A stretch of DNA of 64,000 bases, from NCBI GenBank assembly GCA_028534125.1, contig CM052832.1:24058001-24122000 (forward strand). Reading direction: 5' to 3'. This DNA comes from Lama glama (taxonomy: Eukaryota). Below the pieces are notes generated by a model. The model saw nothing but the letters and a program-made list of their open reading frames with translations, was not told the origin of the DNA and made no database searches. A program made the translations under genes and the position numbers. This document shows, piece after piece, positions 34,500 to 47,960 of the stretch. How positions within the stretch are numbered: the stretch's first letter is position 1; every line of letters starts with the position of its first letter.

Positions 34500-35310
34500 A
34501 GAGGGATGATGCTGGAAACTGGGCTTTGAAGGATAGGTAGGGTCTTTATAACTAACAGGTAGACAGGATGGCATTCCAGGAGAGGGAAACACTGCAGGTA
34601 AAATGCGTATGACGTTCCTGGGAGACAGACAGGAGCTGCGTGAACCTGGGTATTCTTTGGGTTAAGGTTTTAATATTTATAAAACATTTTAAACAGTCCT
34701 GGGAAAGAGTAAGTACCATTCAAGGGTTTTTAAAATAGATTGGTGAAGATGAGTCTGTATTCGGGGAGGCAGCGGGAAGGAGTTTGCGGTAAAAAGTAGA
34801 AACAGGCAAAAAATGCAATGTCTCATAGCAGGAAATGAGAGTCACTTGTTCAGTGAGGAGAAATAGCATGATTAGAGATTACTTCGGGGAATTGTGTGTG
34901 TGTGTGTGTGTGTTGCAGTGATAGAGGCAGACATTGGAAATGGGAACCTGGGACCAAAAAGGACACACCTCAACAATTATTGATTCTGTTCTGAGAGTAT
35001 ATGTACATGTATATGGGGAATGAAGGAAAGAGGAAAATCAAACATGATTCCAACCTTTACGGTACGAGTAATGGAAAGAGTGTTGGCGTCTTTAATAAAG
35101 ACAGAAAAGGTAGCAGCTGAAGTGTATTTAGGGAAAAAAGTTACAATTTTTGGAAAGGATTGGGTGGGGGCCAGGAGGTCTTCTGAAGTGAAAGCATCTA
35201 GTGAGTAATTGAAGATGTGAAACTGGAGACCCAAGGAGGTTTCAGATCCAGATTTTGGATTCGTTGGCATTAGCTGTTGAGATAAACCAAGAGGTGAAGG
35301 CCTCATGACT
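34500..35310. mobile_element. L2 fragments with a (TG)n run at about 34893-34913
   Basis: CTGGGCTTTGAAGGATAGGTAG...GCATTCCAGGAGAGGGAAAC; GGAATGAAGGAAAGAGGAAAATCAAACATGATTCC. Confidence 0.55.
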
Positions 35311-35712
35311 GAACCGCACAAGGGCGTTGCCCTGCTGGCTGGAGGAAGTCCTCAGAGCTTGCCCTAGTTCAAGGTCTCAGGAAGGCAGAGCAGCTCAGTG
35401 GCTCCTAAGCTAGTGGTCCGCGTGATAACTTCTTCAGTGTGTAAAGCAGTCAGGCAGCTCTGAAAACAACTGATAGTTTATTGAACTTTCAGAAGCTTTC
35501 TGTCTTTATTTCTCAATTTTCTTTCTCAGTCAGGGCTATATATGGAAAGTCTCCTCAAAGGAAGCTGTATTATTTAATTCATTCATATCTAGCCACATCA
35601 CGGCCTGGATTGGTCTGTTATTTTAGCTCACAGTCATTTGGAAAAAAAGCAAAAAATATTTTAAACATAATGACTAATCTGGCTTCCTGTCCTATATCTC
35701 CCAGTTTCAAAT

Positions 35713-35936
35713 CAGAAGTTTTCAAACTTCTTTTGACTGTGACGTTGAGAAATGTATTTTACATCACAGGACACATATACCTAAAACTGAAAATTACTGT
35801 ATGCAAGGCATTTCATTCTTTTCCTTTCCCTTCTATTCCGTTCCAGTCTGTTTTATTTGAAAGAGTGCTCTTTGCTGCCTGCTAAACCAGTTTCACGGCC
35901 ACGGGTGGGCCATTACCTGCAGTTTGAAAAACACTG
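35713..35936. mobile_element. hAT-Charlie-type MITE
   Basis: TIRs CAGAAGTTTTCAAACT and AGTTTGAAAAACACTG, 13/16 complementary. Confidence 0.65.
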
Positions 35937-37812
35937 CTCAGCCTCTAGGAGCATCCGCTGCAGGCAGAGCTCAGGTAAGCCAGCAGAGGCTTGGCGCAAG
36001 GTCAAGGCAAACTTGTGGCTCAGCTGACTTTCACCTTGAGTCCTGTTCTAGCAGTTGGGCTCTTTGTTTCTTGTACTCTAATTCCAATCCTGGATCACTG
36101 GGGCTCTAGGACAATTCCGTCTTTTTTATTTTATTCTTCCTATACTGAAGTCTTGCTTCTGAACTCCCAGCCACATGGCTGTGTTCTCACTGCATGTGCT
36201 CAGATTTCCCCAGCTCTGACTTCAATTGTCCAGCAGCTGTGGTAGCACCCAGCAAAGAGTGGCCTTCATCGGCCATTCAGTAAATACAGGCGTGGTAATG
36301 GTTTGCGGCTGACTACTTAGGCAAAAAGGTGCTAACTTTTTGCCCCCTTGGACTTCCTGCTAAGCCCGTGAAAGCCCTGTCAGGAGTGTCTCAGTGCCGT
36401 CCGCAACCCACCTTGAGTTAAGTGAACACCAGCTGAGCTCCTGAGGGAAGAAATAGGTTGGAGTTGGAAGCCAATCAAAATGGTGGCTCTAGCAGAGAGG
36501 CCTTGGGTGACGGGAGAGCACAGAGCATCTCAGATGGGAAGCTGATGGGGGTGGGCAGTGGAGAAAGACTGGTTCCAAAGGGGCTTCAGAGAGGAAGGGG
36601 GACAGCATAATGAGTCCCACAGACCTGGCACTTACTGAGTCCTGACTCTCTCCTCCAGCTTGATGTCTCACACTTTCTATACCTGTACACTTGGAATCGT
36701 ATTACCACCTAATAAACAAGGCTGTTGCAGGGATAGATGAGAGAGCAGTTAATCCAGTCAGCAATGATTATTTAGCAGTTTTGCTTGCAGCTAAGTTTGA
36801 GAACAGTTTGAGTACAGAGTTCTTAGATTTGGCTATGGCCAGCCTGAGGCAGATTCTGGTGTCCTCTTTTCTTCTTTTTTAGTATTCCCCTCCCTTCCCA
36901 CCTCCTACTCCCTAGTGTAAATTATTCCTGTGAAGGTAGCTGGATGACGACTTGGAGAGCTTCCCCATCCTATGGATGGTGACATTTTAAGAGAAGAGTA
37001 AGACTAAAGGTCTTAACCAACATAATTGAACCCGTTGCTACTAAATGAATTTCAGGCATTATGATGAAAGTGGAGAGTGTTATTTTGGCTGGGAAGGTCT
37101 CAATGGTATCTCTCAAAACATTATAATTGGGATGGAATTCAGGTTTAGAAGTTGGCACCACAACTCATGGCTTCTATTTATACATCTAGCCTTGACCCTA
37201 ATATTACATAAAACAAACAAAATATTTTTTCAGCTTTGCTCAAAGATTAGGATTTTCATATTCTTAGTAAAAATCCATTAAAGCCAATCATTGGTCCACC
37301 ATGAAACACTGGTACATCATCATATAATTTAATTTAACTAATTCTAATTATTCATTTACTTGCCTCCAAAAATTCTGTCTCCTACCTTGAAAGCTAACTC
37401 TTACAATAACATTTTTCAAGTAAGGTACAGTACTATATGTGGAAAATCTGGGTAAGGCATGTGTAATTAAAAATGGGTTGGGTAGTCTTATATCACACTC
37501 TTTTGTTTACACCTCTCCCAGGATGGTGTATATGTGTGTATTTGGGTGTGATGTGTGTGCATATATATATGTGTGTATCTATACATATATATATAATCTG
37601 TATATGTTTATAATATTCAGACATATGCTTATAAATATTCATAAGGCAATTCATACATAACTGAATAATTTAAGTTCCTTAGCATCACCTGATCTGTTTA
37701 TAGAATTCCCGTTCTGTCCCAGTTGAGCTTCATTTCATAAAGTACCTCTCAAACACCCTCTCTCAGCTAGAATCCTGAACAAGCCTAACACGGCTGATAA
37801 AGTTGACAGAAC

Positions 37813-38283
37813 TGTGTTCCTTTCCCATTGTTTTATAATAATTGCCCCAAAAGTTGGTGGCTTGAAACAATGCAAATTTATTATCTTACAATTCTGGTGG
37901 TCAGAAGTCTTAAAATCAAAGTATCAGTTACCTTCTGGAAGCTTTAGGGAAGACTGTTTCCTTGATTTTTCCAGCTGCTAGCAGCTGCCTGCATTCTTTG
38001 GTCCATGTCTTCTTCCTCCATCTTCAAAACCAGCAATAGAGCAACTTCAAATCTCCCTCTGGCTTTGCTTCCATCATCACATCGCCTCTGACTTTGACCT
38101 TCCTGCCTCTCTGATAAGGATTCCTGTGATTACACTGGGCCCACTTGGAGAATCCGGGGTAATCGCTTCATCTCAAGTCCTGAAATTAATCACAACTGCA
38201 AAATCCCTTTTGCCATATAAGAGAGTAGGTTTCGAGGATTAGGACGTGGACGTTTTTGGAGGACCCTTATTCACTCCGCCACA
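37813..38283 (-). mobile_element. MaLR solo LTR (MLT1-like) with perfect TSD
   Basis: TG...CA termini, 5-bp TSD AGAAC (37808-37812 and 38284-38288), and MLT1 motifs AAATTTATTATCTTACAATTCTGG and GTGATTACACTGGGCCCAC. Confidence 0.9.
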
Positions 38284-39699
38284 AGAACAAAAGAAAAAAA
38301 GTGTAATGTGATAATTTTATGTCTGTCAAGCTCTTTCTTGCAAATGGAGGGAATGGAGTTTGTGCGGTATGACACATAGCTTGCTCTAACTCTCTAGTTG
38401 TTGTACTTTTGATGATTTTACTGTTTGAAACACCGAATACATACAGGACTACAAAGAAATGAATACAGGCCTCCAAAGTTGTGAAGTCTTCACAACAGAA
38501 CGGGAAAATCTAAAAATACTTCAAAATTATTAATAGCTTACTTCGTAATTTTTCAAAGTGTTAGACCTTACATAGTTAGGTTAAAAAAAGTTGCCATCTT
38601 GATATTCTCCCTATTTAAAGAAACCACTAAAGTCAATGTATTTGAAATCACTCATTCTTTATTAAATCATTGATTTAACCAGCCAGTGTTTACTGAGTAC
38701 CTGTAACATATCAGGCACTGCACTGAGCACTGGGGCCTAACGTTGACCAAGATTGACATGGTCTTTGCCCTCATAAGCATATAGCCTAGTGGAGGATAGG
38801 GAAAGTAGGGAAGTGATTGCAATACTGTATAGTAAGTGTGTGATAGGAATGTTTTTCACTATTGTCCAGTTACTCTCAAGTTTTAGTGCAGACACTTATC
38901 TACCATCTCATCTCTGGGTGTCAGGGCCCCAACACTCTGTTGGGAGAAGAATTTATGAGTATCATAAGGTCTTAAAAAATGGAAGGGAGCAGTAACTATG
39001 CATGCATTTCAGATGGAAAGCAACAAACAATTGAACTATTATCATGGAAGCCACCAAGGACAAGATGAATAGCTGACGGGACTTTGCCGTTTGTAGAGTG
39101 CCGTATGCCCTAGAATGGTCTGCAAGCACTGGTTCAGCTTCAACAGGAATCCCTCGTGCTGTTCCCTATGTAGGCCGAGTTGGAAGGCCTACAGTATATG
39201 ATTTAAAGACCCAGCTGTTCCCTGTGGTTAGCAATTTTTCTGATGCTGACCCCGCTTCTCTGCCTTTGTCCTGCCCCTCAGCCCTCTCATTCCCAGCCCT
39301 GACCTCTTCTAAGGTCATGCCCATCCCCCACCCCATCACACACCCACTCCTCAGCCCAAAGGACCTTCTGTTTACATGTAGTGATATAGAGAGGCATTAC
39401 TCCATTTTTCTTTTATCCTCTCTCTACTTCTATTTTTATGGCCTGAACTCTGTCCTCTGATTCCCTCAGGACTTCTCTTCAGATATTCAAAAGCCTGTTT
39501 AGAGGTTTGAAAAAACAAGAAATACTGAACATTGACTGTTTCCTGCTTTTTCAATGCCTGCTTTAACTATCCTACTTTTCCTCCAGGCAAAGTAAATGCC
39601 TCTGATAAACAGAAAAGTCACGCAAGCACAAGGATGCTGGGAAAAGAAGAGCACAAAGACAGATACTTTGAGACATTACCATGCAATTAGTGTTGTGAC

Positions 39700-40330
39700 A
39701 GGGACAGGGGAAGTGCAGGGTGCTGACAGGTGGGTTACACAGGTCCCATGAGAATGTTAAGAGAGTTGCACTTCATTGCAGAGCTAATAGTGGTCTTAAG
39801 CAGGGGGATGTCATGATTATATTTCAGTTTGAGGACACCAATTTGGCTGCAGTTTGGAGAATGGATTATGGAGAAGAGACCGAGCATGGGGAGGAGAGTT
39901 AAAACATAAATGTAGAATCAAAGCAAGAATTGATGGTGGAGTACACTAGGATAATACAGTGGGGTTAAAGGGCTTGGATGATTTTGTGCGATATTTAGGA
40001 AGTTCAGCTGGTAAAACAGTGACTGACTGAATGTGGGGGATTGAGGAAGAAGAGGAGTCAAGGATGACTCCCAGGATTCTGATGTGAACACTTGGACTTT
40101 CCATTCCTGTGAGATTAGGAACATGGGAGGATGAGACAGGGAGCCAATACAATGAGTTCAGCTTGGGGTGTGTTAAGTTTGGGTACTCAAGTGGAGAAAT
40201 TACATAGGCAGTTGAATATAGGGTCTGGGGCTAAAGAGTGAAGTCTGGGCTGGAAATAGAGATTTGAAATTCATCAGGGTAGACATAATAATGGAAACAA
40301 AAGGAATGATTGGGAATGTCTGGAAGAATT
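39700..40330. mobile_element. L2 fragment
   Basis: GGCTGCAGTTTGGAGAATGGATT...GAGGAGTCAAGGATGACTCCCAGG...ATGAGTTCAGCTTGG...GGCAGTTGAATATA...GGGCTGGAAATAGAGATTTG are classic L2 motifs. Confidence 0.85.
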
Positions 40331-41410
40331 TTTTTGAAAATGAGGGAACAAATTGAAGTCAATTTCTTTAATATAGAATAATTTTGATTCCTCATTTCTT
40401 TTAGTTTTAGTCTTAGTAAGTTAATATTCATCAAGGAATTTGTCTATTTTATCTAAGCTGTCAAATATCAGTAGTCATAGAATTCTCTTATTACCCTTTT
40501 AATGGCTGTGAGATCTGTAGTACGGTTCCCTCTTTTATTCTTGATATTTGTAATTTGGAGCTCTAGACAAGGCAATAAGATGGGTAAAAGAAATAAAGGG
40601 ATTTAGATGGGAGTTTCTTTATTTAAAATAAAGAAATAAAGGATTTAAATAAAGGAATTTATACAAATGGTGTAGAAAAGAAGGGGTACCTAAAGACACA
40701 ACAAAACTTGAGTGCAATGGATATATTCACCATCTTAATTGCAGTGATGGTTTTATGGGTTTCTGTGTCAAAACATAACAACATGTAATCATTAAGTAAG
40801 TTCAGTTTCTTGTATGATGATTTTTATCTTAAAAAAAAGAAAAAAAGGCATTCAGATTGCAATGAAGAAGTAAAATGGTCTTTACTTGCACGTAACATGA
40901 TGAAAGAAAGAAAAAAGGGAGAGAGGGAAGAACTGAGTTGAAAGGCCTACAATATATCATTTAAAGACTCAGTATAAATTTCAGTGATTAAGACAATGTG
41001 ACAGTGGTGTTAGGACACACAAATGGAGTGGTGGAATACAATGGGGTCTAGTCGTCATGTCACATATATATGGTTAGTTGATTTTCAACAAATGTGTCAA
41101 GAAAATGCAATCAGGAAACAAAGTTTTTTTTTAACAAAATCGTTCTGGAACAATTGAACAAGTGCATGAGAAAAATCAACTTTGAACCCTACCTTATGCC
41201 TCATAAAACTAAATTCAGAATGAATCATAGACCTATACCTAAAAGCTAAAACTATAAACGTTCTAGATGAAAACATAGAAGAGTATCTTTGTGACCTTGC
41301 GGTAAGCAAGTATTTCTTAGAAGGGACATAAAAGTACTAAAACTATCAGGAAAAATCCCACAAATTTTATTTCATGAAAAAAATTTAAAGTCATTGTTAA
41401 GAAAATATTC
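40330..41410. mobile_element. Mosaic of old L1 fragments (both orientations)
   Basis: TGATTTTCAACAAA...CTGGAACAATTGA...AATGAATCATAGACCTA...AAAACATAGAAGAGTATCTTTGTGACCTTG (ORF2-like, +) preceded by an antisense L1 piece. Confidence 0.7.
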
Positions 41411-42210
41411 CCAGTGTTGATAGTATGACAGATGTAAGTATCCAGAGTATGTAGATCAAGACCAATGTTGAATTACTGGTGTTTCAGTAAGAGGCTGCTA
41501 CATTTAGATGGAAGTAGGTGCAGTCCTCTGGTACCCCGAGCCAGCCCTAGGGCCCCCGGGGTAGAGGCTTTCCCAAAGGTATCTCAGAACATGATTCACT
41601 CTCCTGGTTCCTAAAGTCTTACCACAGAACTTTTGCAAGTCAACTTGTAACACTATATTTTCATGCAATATCTAGCTTAGCTAAACCCTCTGAATTTTGC
41701 AACTACAGGAAGCCCTGAAGGATTTGAAAAGCCGCGTCAAAAGATTTCTGAAAATCCTGTATGTGGTTGGGTAATCAGGGCTGTGGTCATTTTAATTCAA
41801 TGAAGGATAAATATAGAAAGTTATCAGAAAGTCTAAGACTCTCAGGAGGGAACATTTATACAGTTTTTCTTCTCAGGGAGTCACGCATCAGAGAATTGGT
41901 TGGTGTGTTCAGTCAGAAGGTTTATACAAGTGTTTGAATTTCTTTGAGTCAACAATATTCTCAGGATAATTGTTAAAGCCATATTTGCATATTGTAGAGA
42001 TTTTGAGGCTTCAAATAATCAAAGGGAAAAATTTCTTATAATTCCATCTTCAGGTGTTCTTATTCCTATCATCATAGTTTAGATCATTTCGTATCTTGCT
42101 CTCTTTCTCCTAACATTTGATTGTAAACATTTCTCTATATTTAAAATTATCTGCAAACAATTTTTCCTTAACTATTTCCAAATAAATGGTAGATATTCAA
42201 ATTGTTTCAA

Positions 42211-43179
42211 ATTTTTCTTTCTTTTTTCTTTCTTATTTTTATTGAAGTATAGTCAATTACAATGTGTTAATTTCTGGTGTACAGCATAATATCCCAGTGG
42301 TGCATATATATACATATATTCATTTTCATATTTTTCATTAAGGTTATCACAGTATATTGAATATAGTTCCCTGTGCTATACAGAAAAAATTGTTTTTTAT
42401 ATATTGTGGTTAATATTTGCAAATCTTCAAAATCCCAAATTTATCCCTGGTAACCATAAGATTGTTTACTATGTCTGTGAGTCTGTTTCTGTTTTGTAGA
42501 TGAGTATATTAGTGTCCTCTTTTTTCTTTTCTGTTTTTTTTTTTTGAGATTCCACACATAAATGATATATGGTATTTTTCTTTCTCTTTTTGGCTTACTT
42601 CATTTAGAATGAGAATCTCCAAGTCCATCCATATTGCCACAAATGGCATTATTTTATTCATTTTTATTGCTGAGTAGTATTCCATTGTATAAATATACCA
42701 CCAATCATCTGTCAATGGACATTTAGGTTGCTTCCATATCTTGGCTATTGTATAAATGCTGCTATGAATATTGGGGTGCATGTATCTTTTCTATTTAGAG
42801 TTCCCTCCAGATATATGCCCAGGAGTGGGATTGCTGGATCGTGTGGTAAGTCTACTTTTAGTTTTTTGAGAAATCTCCATACTGTTTTCCATAATGGCTG
42901 CACCAAACTACATTCCCACCAACAGTGTAGGAGAGTTCCCTTTCCTCCACACCCTGTCTAGCATTATTGTTTGTGGACTTTTTAATGATGGCCATTCTGA
43001 CTGGTGTGAGGTGATACCTCATTGGAGTTTTGATTTGCATTTCTCTGATAATTAGTGATACTGAGCATTTTATCACGTGCCTATTGGCCATTTGTATGTC
43101 TTCATTGGAGAATTGCTTGTTTAGGTCTTCTGCCCATTTTTGGATTGGGTTGTTTGTATTTTTGTTATCAAGTTGTATG
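42211..43179 (-). mobile_element. 5'-truncated young L1 (ORF2 C-terminus plus 3'UTR) inserted in an older L1
   Basis: ORFs 42858-43238(-) ...[26 protein letters not shown]...[21 protein letters not shown] and 42509-42781(-) ...[12 protein letters not shown]...[10 protein letters not shown] are the L1 ORF2 C-terminus. T-rich tail at about 42211-42240. Confidence 0.95.
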
Positions 43180-43904
43180 TCCAATTTTTCTTTCTTTATG
43201 CAATGAAGAATAATGTTGTAATGAACATCTCTATGCATTACTTTTTTTTGTTATGCCCACAGTATTTTTACTGTGGTTATCCAAGTGATTGCTGATTATT
43301 TTCAAAATCTATTTCAGAATATATTCTTAGAATTCTACCCAGAATTCTGTAATACCATGTCAATGGATATGAAAAATATTACGGATCTTGATGTTCCATC
43401 AGGCTGATTTCCAAAATCTTTGTACCCTTTTCTAAGTGCCCTAAAGTTGCCTTTTCTACCACGTCTTTAAGAGCATTGAATGTTCTCAGCTTAGAACCTA
43501 TGCCAATGAAATCAGTGAAAAACACACTCTTTGAATCTACTTTAGAAATGAGTAACTTCAGTTAATTTTAATTTTAATCACCCATTTCCAAACTTGGAAT
43601 ATATTTATATATTTTATATATATAAAAAAGCTCTTTCCTCTAGTGTTGTTGTCCACTCTGGTCATCTTTCCTATTCTTTCCTACTATCCCTCCACTTTCC
43701 TCCTCCGAATTATGAGGCTTGGTTAAGATTCACTCAGAATATCCACTAGATGTTGGTGTGGCTGCTGGGTAGGGATGTGGGGGAGGGAGGATCCAAGGTT
43801 CTATTCGTCAGAAACTTATAGAAGGCTGGTATGAAACCTTCTTATAGCGAGGACTGAATACTACCAATTTTCTCAAATCATCAGAATAGGGGTACAGTAA
43901 CATG

Positions 43905-44090
43905 AGAAAAGTAACATGGGAGTCATGGAGAGATAAGGAGAGAGACAGAGTCGCAGAGACAGAAAGAGTGGGAAGTCATGAAAAAGACACAGTCACAGAG
44001 ACAGTCAGACACAATGAGAGATGAAAGAAAGATTGTATCTATGTGTCTCAGTATTTGTGTGTGAGTAAGAGAGAGAGAGAGAGACAGACA
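43905..44090. repeat. GA-rich low-complexity tract with (GA)n
   Basis: GAGAGATAAGGAGAGAGACAGAG...GAGAGAGAGAGAGAGACAGAC. Confidence 0.7.
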
Positions 44091-45980
44091 CTAATGTGAA
44101 ATGGGATTTAACTTTATGCAGCACTGATGTCCCAAAATACACCTTTACCTGCAAGGCTCCTGCAGGTTCATTTCAGCACTTGGGAAGGCTGGCTTGATTT
44201 GCGTGGTCTCTCAGAGCTTCCTGGGGTCCCTGGCCTTGAGTCTGTGCCCTTGTGGGTGATGCCTCCAGGCAGAGAGCTGTTTCTGGTGGCAGTAGAGGAC
44301 ATGAAGCATCCAACTATTGAGCTGATGATTCCATTAGATGGTTCTAGAATAAAAGTAAGTAACCAGCAAAACAGAATTCAAAGCAAGGGAGCAAAATCCA
44401 CAGGTAAAACATTAAAGACCATATTTACTTTTTTTTTTAAGCTCACTAGAAAGCCTAAGGGAATCCTAGAAAACAATGGCTAGTGAGGAATTAGGCTCTT
44501 TCAGACAATAGGAGAAACATCAGAAAGCTTCAGGGCTGTTGTTTGACAGAATGTCTCCCTAAGGGCCTCCATGGAAGAAGTCCTACTTGCCAGTCTCTTC
44601 AGATTGCAAGATAAGACATGTGCTATTTTAAAAAAAAAAAAAAAAGAAAAGTACCCCTAAAGAAGAAAGTGACTTCAGATATTGCCTCTGAGCACGTGGG
44701 CTGCTGCTTCTGGAAGAGCAGGTGGGCAGCAGACACTGCAAGGTGCGGACGGTCCATTCTCAAGGGAAACACCTGGAAAATGTGGCAGTGGTTTTGGAGT
44801 AGAGAGAGAAAGCAAGCTCTTCTGTGATGTTATCATCAGTTATTCACAGTTGGCTCTGTCTGTCTTGCTTCTGTATAGGACTGGGAGCCAAAGGTCCCCA
44901 CATACAGCAGAAGCAAGGGAGGTGAGCCTGGGGAATTGCCCTAAATTCCTCCAACTTCCTACCTAGCCCCATAGGAATAAATGATGCAAGGAACAATACA
45001 GCCTTTGATTGTTGATGTTAAATGAAGGTAGCTGAGCTCGGCTGAAGGCTGGCACACCCAGGGCTTCCAAACAGGAGCTCCTGCAAGACTGAGCATGTGA
45101 CTGTTTCCTCGGCATCACAGGTTTGCCCCAATCCTTTTATCACTGTTGAGATTTCCCGGCTTTGGGGTGTGCTGTCTCTGCCTTGTTCAGCAGATGGAGC
45201 TCTGTAACTGTGCAGGGAATGACACGTCTAGGCCCAGTGATTTTTCTTTTTTGATTCAAAAGAGATCAGACTTTTTCGGAGAGCGCAGAACGCCGCAGAC
45301 TCTGGTGATAACCTTGATTCTTGTGGGGTTTTCTTAAAAGAAAGTGATTCTTGACACGTTGCTTCCGAGAGAATGCAGCACTAGAAATTGTTCCTGGTAA
45401 GCGTTTTCCCTTTTACTATGAGTGGTATTCTTTGCAATTATTCCAGGTCAATTAAGTTTGGTTTGGGGGATTGGATTTATTAGTGCTATTAGCACTCTTG
45501 GCACCGGTAATGATTGCAATTTGCCAAGTGAACATTGGGGAACTTACTGTTTCACTTAGAACCACGAGAGCCTCTCTCTCCAGTTGTTCATTAAGCCTTG
45601 AGGTCCTAGTTCTACTAAAATCTGAGGATTTTTTACCTATTTACACATGTTTACTTTCCCAAAGCCATGTGAAAAAATTATTTTGCTTCCTTCAAAAGAT
45701 AGAGTTCCCCCAAATACAGCATATTTATCATAAACTCTTGACAAAAGTGCTTATGGTTAGATAAAGATGTCAGTAATAAGTGTGTTAAGGAGAAATTATA
45801 CATCTGTGTTGTCTTCTCCTTTGCTCCTGCTTCTAATGCTGGAAATTCTATACGCAATACTGAAATACGCAAGACTTTGCCTTGACACCATTCTGTGACA
45901 GTTTAAGCTTAATTGACATTCATCGGTGAGTGAATAGGAGGGTAGATGGATGGGTAGATGGAAAGAGGGATACCTTCAAG

Positions 45981-46117
45981 ATACCTTGAAGCTTGGATGA
46001 TCCTTGCTGAAATTTGTCCACAGTACAGGACTGGTATAGTTGCTTTATATATACCTTGAAGCTTGGATGATCCTTGCTGAAATTTGTCCACAGTACAGGA
46101 CTGGTATAGTTGCTTTA
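45981..46117. repeat. Perfect 67-bp tandem duplication with a 3-bp spacer
   Basis: ATACCTTGAAGCTTGG...GTATAGTTGCTTTA is identical at 45981-46047 and 46051-46117, with spacer TAT. Confidence 0.97.
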
Positions 46118-46399
46118 GAAGTATACAGTGATTATTTTTGTGGCGCTTACTAAGAAAAGTTAGCCAAAATAAATGTTCTACGTTCATCCGTAACTGTTGC
46201 ATATTTTGTCTCGAAAATTTGCAGACTTCTGAGATCATCAGAAATAAGAGACATACAGTACAATAGTACTTTTATTTTCTCCAGCACATCAGAAATAAGG
46301 GAAATTTTTAGATCTGGTATAAACTGATTTTTATGAATTTGAGACTTACACAACTCTTGGCGAATATTACACAAGTAAGACAAGAATGATTAAACATGA

Positions 46400-47960
46400 T
46401 ATTTGTTCAGTGTGACAAACATTGATTAAGAACCTACCATGTGCCAGGAAGTGTATTAGGCACTGGGGACTCAAGAGTGAACATGTCCATCACTGCCTCT
46501 GAGGACCACAGCCTCATAGGGGAGGTGCCATATGAACAGATGACATTGATACATTATGATAAAATGATACCGTTACCACAAGCGATATGGGAGGAGGGTT
46601 ACACTGTGATATTCTTGAAAACAGGTAGTACCTTATTCATCTTTATTTCTTAGTATCTAGAGAGTCTCTGGAAGACTGTAGGGGTTTAAATGTATTACTG
46701 AGTGAATGAAACCTGGAGGCTGAACAGAAATTTCTTGATGGAGATAATGTCTGGAAGATCAGTAGCAATAAGGAAATGAGCGATGATGGCTGATACTTGC
46801 TGAAAGTTTACCGTATGCACTGTTTAAAATACTCATTGGTGTCATCGTCACAAAAACCCTCTGAGATGGATACTGTGATTATCCCTATTGTACTGAGGGT
46901 AAAATAAACACACAAAGAGAGGTTAAACATTTGCTCAAGATCACCCACTAATAAGTGTTAGAACCAAGATTCAAACCCAGCATCCCTCCAGAAAAACACG
47001 GAGGGGCATTCTAGACACGAGGAGCGGTAAGAACAAAGACAGCAGTGGAAATCAGTGTTAGCAGAGATCTGCTAAGGAGGTTGGATTTGCTGCTGTAGGG
47101 GATCAAAAAAAATTACTGAATTGTTTAATCAAAGAAGTGACATGGTTAGATTTGTGTTTTCATTAAGGCATTCCAGTCGCTGGGTGGAAGCTTGTGGTAA
47201 ACCTTGGGGGTAAGATTGAAGGGGTACTGCAGGATGAAGAAGAGTTCATCATGGGAAAGATATGAGGAGAAGGAAGTGTGTGAGGCCCTGGGCAGAGCAT
47301 GTGTAAAGGCTGTGTGATAAGAGAGTAGCACTAGAGGGAAACTAAAGTACTTCACTTTGGCTGGAACATAAATTGCCAGGGTATTAAGAGACAAGGGCAA
47401 TAAAAGAAGATGTTAAAGATGTAAATGGGAACCAAATTGAGGCGCTTGAACTTATTTCTTAAAAAAAATAAAAGTAAAACCACTGAAGAGTTTTTAAGGC
47501 AAGATGGTTAAATGTATATTTTAGAAAGACCTGTCCTTTAGGTTAGAAAAGAATTTGGAAACCTGCAAGACTAAGAGCAAGAGACGATGGGGCACCAGAG
47601 CCTGAGAGAGATTGAGGAGATGGAATTGACAAGATTCAGTGACTGATTGATGGATCGATCATTAAGTGGCGAGGGAAAGTAAGAGGGAGAGTCGCTTTGG
47701 GTCCCGGTTTGCCCAGAATAGTCCTGGTTGTGCCAGAGTAATTACTATGAGCACCTCCTTTCACTCCCATGAATGCAGTACTTCGAATCATAAATTTTAT
47801 GGTTCCTCTAGTGAGAATGGAAAGATGTCTCACAGGGTTTTGATTTGAGCCACAGAACGGATGCCATCCGCAGAGACAGGATGAAGGAGGAAGAGCAGTT
47901 ACCAGGATGAGTTGGTGGGGTAACTTCTGGACACGTTGAGTCTAAGTGCCCAGGGTTAGA
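46400..47960. mobile_element. L2/MIR mosaic with an embedded MER94-like hAT element (about 47683-47835)
   Basis: L2 3' end CCTACCATGTGCCAGG...TAGGCACTGGGGAC; MIR TTTGCTCAAGATCAC...GATTCAAACCCAG; MER94-like GTCCCGGTTTGCCCAGAATAGTCCTGG. Confidence 0.65.
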
